From IMG/VR virus record IMGVR_UViG_3300012983_000022: DNA of 31,024 bases. One strand, 5' to 3'. Made by a program: the position numbers and the translations under genes. Each line of letters begins with the position of its first letter. Position 1 is the first letter of the stretch. This document shows, piece by piece, positions 25,863 to 31,024 of the stretch. This DNA is from a virus. The notes under the pieces are model-generated. The model saw only the letters and a program-made list of their open reading frames with translations, made no database searches and had not been told where the DNA came from.

Positions 25863-26148
25863 TTAAAAAACTTTTAATTTTATTTTGTATTTCCTTAATT
25901 CGTAGATATATAGTCGTTGGAGAAACTTTAAATAGTTTTGCACAATCCCTTGAATTTCCTATTTCAGCATATTCAAGTATTATTCGTCTATCGGTTTCAT
26001 CAAGTTTGGTATATATTATCTTTTTCAATTTTCTTATTTTTTCCTCATCCTCATCGAATATCGAATCATTTGGTTTATATTCATCAAGAATTTGGTATAT
26101 GTTCATTTCCGCTTCTTCGTATCGTTCTTTAATATTCTTACTATTCAT
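25846..26148 (-). CDS. Sigma-70 region-4-like HTH protein (C-terminal half of a split sigma-factor-like gene).
   Basis: LDETDRRIILEYAEIGNSRDCAKLFKVSPTTIYLRIKEIQNKIKSFL. The Met at 26148 overlaps the HNH stop (ATGAATAG). Confidence 0.6.
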   Translation of the reverse strand: MNSKNIKERYEEAEMNIYQILDEYKPNDSIFDEDEEKIRKLKKIIYTKLDETDRRIILEYAEIGNSRDCAKLFKVSPTTIYLRIKEIQNKIKSFLNDDNN

Positions 26149-26719
26149 AATATTTATTATTACTAAATTTCCATAAATACCCACCTGCTTGTTTTCTTTC
26201 ATTTTTACATACTTTTAATATGTTTGAATGTTGTACACCTGTAGCCTTTTGAGCCTCTATTGGCGAAATAAAATAATTAATAAATTTGCCATTCAATGTA
26301 TATTGTTCAACAGGTATTTGGCATCCTCTTGAATTATTTTTATTTTTAGTTTCTTGTATTTTATTTCTTGTGTTTCCATAAAGTGCATTGTATGATTTAT
26401 CACACCATTCCAAATTATCTACCCTATTGTTTAGTTTGTTTTCGTCTTTATGGTTAACACAGGGCAAATTATCAGGATTTGGTATGAATGCTTCAGCAAC
26501 TAAAATATTTATTCTTTTTGATTCATAAATACCATTTTTACAAAGTCTAAAATAATAATATCCAGAACCACAAATTTTTGGTGTTTCAATTTTACCTTTT
26601 AATTTAATTTTTCTTCCGTTTTTATCAATTATTATTCTATTAACGCTTCTGATTTTGCCAAAATTACTTATTTCATAATAGCCTTCATATCCTTTAATAA
26701 TTTTCCAAATTTCAATCAT
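26141..26719 (-). CDS. HNH/NUMOD4 homing endonuclease, paralog of the wrap-around HNH gene.
   Basis: WKIIKGYEGYYEISNFGKIRSV, AEAFIPNPDNLPCVNHKDENKLNNRVDNLEWCDKSYNALYG, and a C-terminal DNA-binding-like segment EAQKATGVQHSNILKVCK. Confidence 0.9.
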   Translation of the reverse strand: MIEIWKIIKGYEGYYEISNFGKIRSVNRIIIDKNGRKIKLKGKIETPKICGSGYYYFRLCKNGIYESKRINILVAEAFIPNPDNLPCVNHKDENKLNNRVDNLEWCDKSYNALYGNTRNKIQETKNKNNSRGCQIPVEQYTLNGKFINYFISPIEAQKATGVQHSNILKVCKNERKQAGGYLWKFSNNKYYE

Positions 26720-27012
26720 AATTCTATTTCTTCTATATCGGTTGAATTTATTCTAAATTTGTTGTATTTGTAATAAAAAGGGGAATTTTTTGAGTATAAA
26801 TTGTTCCTAATTACCTTTATTAAATAATAATCAATTTCGTTTTCATTGTCAAGTTTTTTGATTAATTCATCATCTTTTAATAATAAATCAATGTAAATAT
26901 CATTTATTAAATCTTCTATATATGGGTTATTTGAAAAATCAGTATGCTTTTTTATAAGTGTTTCAACTTTTTTTTCTTTGGCCCACTTTTCTATAATTTC
27001 TTTTTTGGTCAT
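26716..27012 (-). CDS. Sigma-70 region-2-like protein (N-terminal half of a split sigma-factor-like gene).
   Basis: YIEDLINDIYIDLLLK...IDYYLIKVIRNNLYSKNSPFYYKY resembles ECF regions 2.1-2.4. Its stop overlaps the HNH start (ATGA). Confidence 0.5.
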   Translation of the reverse strand: MTKKEIIEKWAKEKKVETLIKKHTDFSNNPYIEDLINDIYIDLLLKDDELIKKLDNENEIDYYLIKVIRNNLYSKNSPFYYKYNKFRINSTDIEEIEL

Positions 27013-27443
27013 ATTGTATAAATTTTTGTTTCTGATTTCGGGATAAAATAAACTATCTTTTCTCTTTTTTCATCATTGATGGCCGTGCATTTGTTTCCCA
27101 TTATTTTGAATGGCTTTAAATTCATTTCTATTGGAATATAATAAAGGTATAATGTATTGTCCCAAATAGAAACATAGTAGGCCCCATCAGCATTAGTTTC
27201 TTCTATTGCGGCCTTTATGTTTTGATATTTTTCATCTTCAAATAAAATCGTGTCATAGTTGAATTTTTCACTACGGTCCTTGATTTCAATTAAGTATTTC
27301 TTACCTTTGAAAAAAACTATACCGTCATAGTGTTCATATTGATTTGTGGCTTCAATAAATTCCAAATTTAAATTTTGGCATAATTTTTTGAATTTATCCC
27401 TGCCTGACTTTTCCATACTATTAATTTTTGAATTTAAATCCAT
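27009..27443 (-). CDS. Putative PD-(D/E)XK-fold nuclease (144 aa).
   Basis: HYDGIV...YLIEIKDR gives a D...E-x-K arrangement. Weak by-eye call. Confidence 0.4.
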   Translation of the reverse strand: MDLNSKINSMEKSGRDKFKKLCQNLNLEFIEATNQYEHYDGIVFFKGKKYLIEIKDRSEKFNYDTILFEDEKYQNIKAAIEETNADGAYYVSIWDNTLYLYYIPIEMNLKPFKIMGNKCTAINDEKREKIVYFIPKSETKIYTI

Positions 27444-27500
27444 AGGTTAATTCTTTTTTAATAAATAGTATAAAAAATAAAAAAATTGGTTTTTAAATAA

Positions 27501-27533
27501 AAAATCCCATAACTTTTTTTGCTATGGGATTTT
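27501..27533 (-). terminator. Terminator hairpin after the small membrane protein gene.
   Basis: aaaatcccata (27501-27511) pairs with tatgggatttt (27523-27533), 11 bp. The flanks are U-rich. Confidence 0.6.
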
Positions 27534-27538
27534 AATTA

Positions 27539-27754
27539 TCAAGCTAACACTGCTATTATTCTGAAAATAGCCAAAACTAATTCAATGTTTAAAATTACTG
27601 AAAGCCACAAAAAAACATCCTTGAATGTAGTTTTCTCTTTTAAATTTTTCCACCAGTGTTTTAATTTTGATTCTTGCTTGATAATTACTGTGGCTGTTGG
27701 TGGCATATTAGCCAATTTTAAGTATTCTTCCATTGAAAATTGTTTGTTTTCCAT
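27539..27754 (-). CDS. Small membrane protein (71 aa, C-terminal TMD).
   Basis: FLWLSVILNIELVLAIFRIIAVLA. Sits behind a minus-strand class-1 promoter and the aattaaaattATG context. Confidence 0.5.
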   Translation of the reverse strand: MENKQFSMEEYLKLANMPPTATVIIKQESKLKHWWKNLKEKTTFKDVFLWLSVILNIELVLAIFRIIAVLA

Positions 27755-27773
27755 AATTTTAATTCTTTATTAA

Positions 27774-27801
27774 TAAATAGTATCAAACTTGAAAAAATCA
27801 A
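27774..27801 (-). promoter_or_regulatory. Class-1 promoter on the minus strand: TTGATT, 16 nt, TATTTA.
   Basis: The minus strand reads ggTTGATTttttcaagtttgaTACTATTTATtaat. Confidence 0.6.
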
Positions 27802-27827
27802 CCAAAATGAAAAAAAATAATTTAAAT

Positions 27828-27856
27828 TTGCAAACAAAAAATAAAATTTGTATATT
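27828..27856 (+). promoter_or_regulatory. Class-2 promoter: TTGCAA, 17 nt, TATATT.
   Basis: Shares aaaatttgtatatt with the 4809-4837 promoter. Confidence 0.55.
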
Positions 27857-27862
27857 TATAAT

Positions 27863-27959
27863 AAAGAAATTAATAAGTCGCACCACATTTGACAAAACAA
27901 TATAAATCCTTTTTCTGAAACGGTAGTGGTGCATCGGAGTAAGTTAAAGGATTTTTTTT
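27863..27959 (+). ncRNA. Candidate small RNA of about 95 nt (sRNA-1) with interleaved helices and a U-run.
   Basis: Helix A is 27880-27886 / 27926-27932 (gcaccac/gtggtgc). Helix B is 27905-27912 / 27946-27953 (aatccttt/aaaggatt), followed by T6. No credible ORF. Confidence 0.4.
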
Positions 27960-27967
27960 ACTTTTTA

Positions 27968-27996
27968 TTGATTTTTTTAATTCTTTATACTATTTA
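27968..27996 (+). promoter_or_regulatory. Class-1 promoter (TTGATT, 17 nt, TATTTA) facing the ORF-free region.
   Basis: ctttttattgatttttttaattctttatactatttatata matches the consensus used upstream of early protein-coding genes. Confidence 0.6.
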
Positions 27997-28003
27997 TATA
28001 CAA

Positions 28004-28770
28004 AAGGCAACGGTCGATATACAACTCAAATGTGGAATGTCACAATGGGTAAGACCAAAAAAAAAAATAAAGTTCTTTGATTTAAAAAACACTGACGGAC
28101 CTCTTACGGCATTTACAAGAGGTGTCACAGCGGTAACAAATCGCCAAGTACGAGAATAAAGGACCGCAGTAGAAGTCGGGTGGCAGTAGCCATCAAATAG
28201 ATGGTGAGACCTGAACACATTGTAACTCAAGCCCCGATACCGTCAAAAACAATCAGTTTTTAAAAAACTACAGCCTCACTTGATGTCTTTGGGAAAGTGA
28301 GATTTTGAATGGCAAAGTCATTCAATCTGAGAAAGCAAATAACCCACGGTAGCATAAGTTTCTGATTAAGAGTAATATTTTAAAAAAAATGTGGTCCCTC
28401 CTATAGGGATTACTGTGTCTTGTTAATAACAAGTGCTTTAGATAATAGATTAAATTAAAATCTAAATTAAAAAATAAAAAAATTGAAGATTCTTAATTAA
28501 TTTATTAACACATTTGAAAAATGTGAATGCGAAGCACAGCAAGCATAAAGAAAATAATTGAAATTTACGAATAACAAATATTACAAGTGCTTACGCAAAT
28601 TGAGATTTTTAAATTTTGTTTTTTATTATAAAATAATTAATAAAATTCTAAAATGCGTTAGCACTAATTGATAATAGCAATGTTAAATCAGTCTTGGGTA
28701 TAGTGTGCTCTGCCGAAAAAAAACAAAAGGCAAACAATCTCAACCAATCTAAGTTGGAATGTATGGGTTT
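28004..28770 (+). ncRNA. Candidate large structured ncRNA. Boundaries are approximate and the 3' end is undefined.
   Basis: No credible ORF. The GC-rich core is about 42-50% GC in the 60-nt blocks I counted at 28141-28260, against an AT-rich genome. A promoter sits at 27968-27996, and many hairpins and nested long-range helices are visible (see findings). Confidence 0.45.
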
Positions 28771-28771
28771 C

Positions 28772-29254
28772 TTATCTACGGGCCCTGAATAAAGACCAAA
28801 TAATTGAAGATACAGTGAAAACAAACCACATTAATGTTATCCAAGCCCACCAAGGATATTTTATTTTTTCTTCAACCACAGGATAAGGTTTTGGCACTTC
28901 TTTCTCAACTATTGAATCATTTGTCACTACCCTCTCAACATACTTTATTTGGTATTGTATGGCGTTCTTATTTTTCAACTCACCTCTCAATAGATGATTT
29001 GTAGTGTCTACCCAGGAATGACTAATTGAAATTGAATTTTCCAATACAAGTGTATCATATATCGGCACTATATCAACATATCTCTCAATTGGAATGTAGC
29101 AAATACTGTCCCTTGTTGTTATTGAATCCTTGTATGTCCAAATTATTTCTTCTTTTTGGATTATTGTCGGCGGCTGCGTTTTGCAACCAACAAAAAATAA
29201 GCATAGAGCCAAAATCAGGCCCTGTAACAAGTTTTTAATTTTAAAATGATACAT
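28772..29254 (-). CDS. Lipoprotein with a C-terminal TMD, a unimolecular-spanin-like architecture.
   Basis: Lipobox LFFVGC in MYHFKIKNLLQGLILALCLFFVGCKTQ. C-terminal TMD YPWWAWITLMWFVFTVSSIIWSLF followed by RARR. Confidence 0.5.
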   Translation of the reverse strand: MYHFKIKNLLQGLILALCLFFVGCKTQPPTIIQKEEIIWTYKDSITTRDSICYIPIERYVDIVPIYDTLVLENSISISHSWVDTTNHLLRGELKNKNAIQYQIKYVERVVTNDSIVEKEVPKPYPVVEEKIKYPWWAWITLMWFVFTVSSIIWSLFRARR

Positions 29255-29332
29255 AATTCAACTTTTGTTTAAAGTGCCTTAAAACGGCTTATTTCAAGTC
29301 TAAATATATTTGTAATTATTTTATGTTTTTTA

Positions 29333-29361
29333 TTGACTTTTTCAACTTTAGGTACTATTTA
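29333..29361 (+). promoter_or_regulatory. Class-1 promoter: TTGACT, 17 nt, TATTTA.
   Basis: ttttttattgactttttcaactttaggtactatttatt. Confidence 0.6.
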
Positions 29362-29392
29362 TTATTAAATAATTATAATTAAAATTTAAATT

Positions 29393-29794
29393 ATGAACAA
29401 AAACCTAAATCAAGCTAAAAGAGCTAAAAATGACGAATTTTATACGCAACTTGAAGACATAGAAAAGGAACTTGCTTGTTATGATGTTGAAAATTTCAAA
29501 GGACAAGTGATATATTGTCCTTGTGACGATTACAGATTGTCTAATTTTGTTAAATGCTTCAAGAACAATTTTGAATATCTTGGATTAAAGAAACTTATAG
29601 CCACCAACTATGATATTGGTGACGGTGCTTGGAAATATGAATATGACGGTGAAAATGAAACAATTACCAAACTTGAAGGTAATGGTGACTTTATGTCTGA
29701 TGAATGTACAAAAATAAAGGAAGAATGTGATATGGTTATAACGAATCCACCATTCTCATTGTTCAGAAAATTTGTAAAGTGGCTGTATGACTAA
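29393..29794 (+). CDS. EcoRI-methylase-like N6-adenine MTase, N-terminal catalytic fragment (N).
   Basis: NDEFYTQLEDIEKEL...VIYCPCDD...MVITNPPFSLFRKF carries motif IV (NPPF). It stops at 29792-29794, overlapping the next ATG (ATGACTAA). Confidence 0.85.
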   Translation: MNKNLNQAKRAKNDEFYTQLEDIEKELACYDVENFKGQVIYCPCDDYRLSNFVKCFKNNFEYLGLKKLIATNYDIGDGAWKYEYDGENETITKLEGNGDFMSDECTKIKEECDMVITNPPFSLFRKFVKWLYD

Positions 29795-30170
29795 GTTTTT
29801 GATTATCGGAAACCAAAATGCTATTACCTACAAGGAAATCTTTCCTTACATCAAAAACAACGAACTTTGGTTGGGAATGAATTGGGTTAAGGAGTTTATC
29901 CAACCTAACGGAGAAATTAAGAAATTTGGAAACATTTGTTGGTTTACCAATGTAGAAAACAAAAAGAGAAACCAACCTTTGGACTTATACCGCAAGTATA
30001 ATCCAAATGACTACAAAATCTATGACAATTATTGCGCAATAAATGTTGACAAGGTGGCTGAAATTCCAGAAGACGATTACATTGACATTGAAATTGATGA
30101 AGAAGACTATCCTAAATGGAAAGCCGCTTATGGCAATGATGTTGAATTAATTGAAGATGAAGAAAAATAA
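29787..30170 (+). CDS. MTase middle fragment, copy 1 (M1).
   Basis: MTKFLIIGNQNAITYKEIFPYIKNNELWLG...WFTN...YDNYCAINVDKVAEIPEDDY continues the family's sequence directly after the N fragment. It ends in an acidic tail. Confidence 0.8.
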   Translation: MTKFLIIGNQNAITYKEIFPYIKNNELWLGMNWVKEFIQPNGEIKKFGNICWFTNVENKKRNQPLDLYRKYNPNDYKIYDNYCAINVDKVAEIPEDDYIDIEIDEEDYPKWKAAYGNDVELIEDEEK

Positions 30171-30360
30171 TAAAAAGAAAATTAGAGTACACAGGCCAAT
30201 ATGGGGAACTCCCATCACATTTTTGGATAAGTATTGCCCTACTCAATTTGAAATACTCGGAATTGCCAATAGCGCAAGATGGATTGGTGATTTTCCGTGT
30301 TATACAATAATTAATGGGGAAAAAATATACAATAGAATTTTAATTAAAAAGATTAAATAA
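30157..30360 (+). CDS. MTase C-terminal fragment, copy 1 (C1).
   Basis: MKKNNKKKIRVHRPIWGTPITFLDKYCPTQFEILG...GEKIYNRILIKKIK. ATG at 30157 (the track starts at TTG 30151). Overlaps M1 by 14 nt in the +1 frame. Confidence 0.75.
   Translation: MKKNNKKKIRVHRPIWGTPITFLDKYCPTQFEILGIANSARWIGDFPCYTIINGEKIYNRILIKKIK
30178..30255 (+). repeat. Partner of the 78-bp near-identical repeat at 449-526.
   Basis: 76/78 identical, with a 63-bp perfect core at 30193-30255. Confidence 0.9.
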
Positions 30361-30368
30361 AACAACTT

Positions 30369-30794
30369 ATGGACTACAATAAGAAGTTTTTGATTTTGGG
30401 CAATAACAATGCAATCACTTATAAGGAAATTTTCCCATATATAAAAAACAATGAACTTTGGTTGGGCTTTTCCGCTAACAAGACTATGAAATTCCAACTT
30501 TCCGATTCTTACGAAAAGTGGGATGAAATGGACAAAAACGGAAAGAAATATGGCAAAGTCCCTGCAATCACTTGGTTTACAAACATTCCCCACAATAAGA
30601 GAAATCAACCTTTGGACTTATACCGAAAGTATAATCCAACTGACTATCCAAGGTACGATAACTATTTGGCTTTTAATGTTGACAAAGTGTCGGAAATCCC
30701 TGAAGATGAATACATTGATATTGAAATAGATGAATCAGAATTGGAAGATTGGATTAAAGCGTATGGCGATGATATTGAAATTTTGGAATCCTAA
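30369..30794 (+). CDS. MTase middle fragment, copy 2 (M2).
   Basis: MDYNKKFLILGNNNAITYKEIFPYIKNNELWLG...WFTN...YDNYLAFNVDKVSEIPEDEY plus an acidic tail. It has the same start and end boundaries as M1. Confidence 0.8.
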   Translation: MDYNKKFLILGNNNAITYKEIFPYIKNNELWLGFSANKTMKFQLSDSYEKWDEMDKNGKKYGKVPAITWFTNIPHNKRNQPLDLYRKYNPTDYPRYDNYLAFNVDKVSEIPEDEYIDIEIDESELEDWIKAYGDDIEILES

Positions 30795-30823
30795 ATAATT
30801 TTTGTAATTTATGGAAAAACGAT

Positions 30824-31024
30824 ATGGAAGAGATTTGGAAAGATGTTGTTGGTTATGAAGGATATTACCAAGTATCAAACAAAGGAAATGTTAGGTCGGT
30901 TGATAGATTTGTAAGCAGCAAGTTAGGTAGTTATAGAAAAATTAACGGTAAAACCATTAAACCAAGAAACAAGGAGAACATAGACGGAAATTATTTAACA
31001 GTAAATTTAAAAAGAAACGGTATA
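30824..31024 (+). CDS. HNH/NUMOD4 homing endonuclease, N-terminal part. The gene continues at 121 after the repeat.
   Basis: ATG at 30824 encodes MEEIWKDVVGYEGYYQVSNKGNVRSVDRFV..., a NUMOD4-like start that parallels MIEIWKIIKGYEGYYEISNFGKIRSV of the 26141-26719 paralog. Position 30905 is in frame with position 1. Confidence 0.85.
   Translation, partial: MEEIWKDVVGYEGYYQVSNKGNVRSVDRFVSSKLGSYRKINGKTIKPRNKENIDGNYLTVNLKRNGI
30905..31024. repeat. Second copy of the 120-bp terminal repeat (identical to 1-120).
   Basis: Direct comparison of the two window ends. Confidence 0.9.

Noticed and set aside
27926-28230. ORFs 27926-28159 (+, 77 aa) and 27994-28230 (-, 78 aa) inside the ORF-free region
   Set aside because: They are antisense to each other. 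The plus-strand ORF starts at a GTG inside the sRNA-1 helix and runs through the class-1 promoter and a poly-A tract. Neither has a start context like the real genes, and both translations are low complexity.
28440-28660. A CRISPR-like or iteron array in the AT-rich part of the non-coding region
   Set aside because: Only short, irregular A/T-rich similarities are present (for example attaaattaaaatctaaattaaaaaat). There are no regularly spaced repeats of constant length and no cas genes.
29787-30170. The N/M1 and M1/C1 breaks as simple sequencing frameshifts or a decaying pseudogene
   Set aside because: The paralogous M2/C2 pair has the same two boundaries. It has an independent ATG at the N/M boundary and the same acidic-tail and basic-head arrangement at the M/C boundary. 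Random indels would not reproduce this. Read-level confirmation is still advisable.
1-31024. Stop-codon reassignment (alternative genetic code), as seen in some AT-rich gut phages
   Set aside because: Long uninterrupted ORFs of up to 1215 aa are present with the standard code, and the two tRNAs have UGG and CAU anticodons, not suppressor anticodons.

Overview
The window is a complete, circularly closed phage genome of about 30.9 kb. Bases 1-120 are identical to 30905-31024, and an ORF reads through that junction in frame. GC content is very low, roughly 30% by eye. No integrase, DNA polymerase or CRISPR array was found, and long ORFs are intact in the standard genetic code.

Layout:
- A long minus-strand block (27754 down to 4974) holds a nuclease-like gene, a sigma-factor-like gene, a small terminase candidate, TerL, neck and tail proteins, a tape-measure-like protein, an XkdF-like protease/scaffold, the major capsid protein, a portal candidate, a 1175-aa fiber, and a holin plus M15 endolysin flanked by two tRNAs.
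- A plus-strand early block runs from 29393, wraps through the junction, and ends at 4799. It holds EcoRI-methylase-like DNA methyltransferase pieces, small hypothetical genes, a Rad52/Sak-like annealing protein, a secreted protein and a GT-B-like glycosyltransferase.

Most unusual content:
1. An ORF-free, GC-enriched, helix-dense locus of about 0.77 kb (about 28004-28770) sits behind a copy of the phage's own early promoter. I read it as a candidate large structured ncRNA. Two small promoter/terminator-bounded RNA units lie elsewhere on the plus strand.
2. The methyltransferase locus is modular. There is one catalytic N-fragment, two paralogous sets of middle and C-terminal fragments broken at the same residue boundaries, and a third inverted truncated copy.
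3. Three free-standing homing endonuclease genes are present (two HNH/NUMOD4 paralogs and one GIY-YIG). The two HNH genes sit exactly at break points of the methyltransferase and of a sigma-factor-like gene.

All protein calls rest on motif recognition by eye. No database search or RNA folding program was run.
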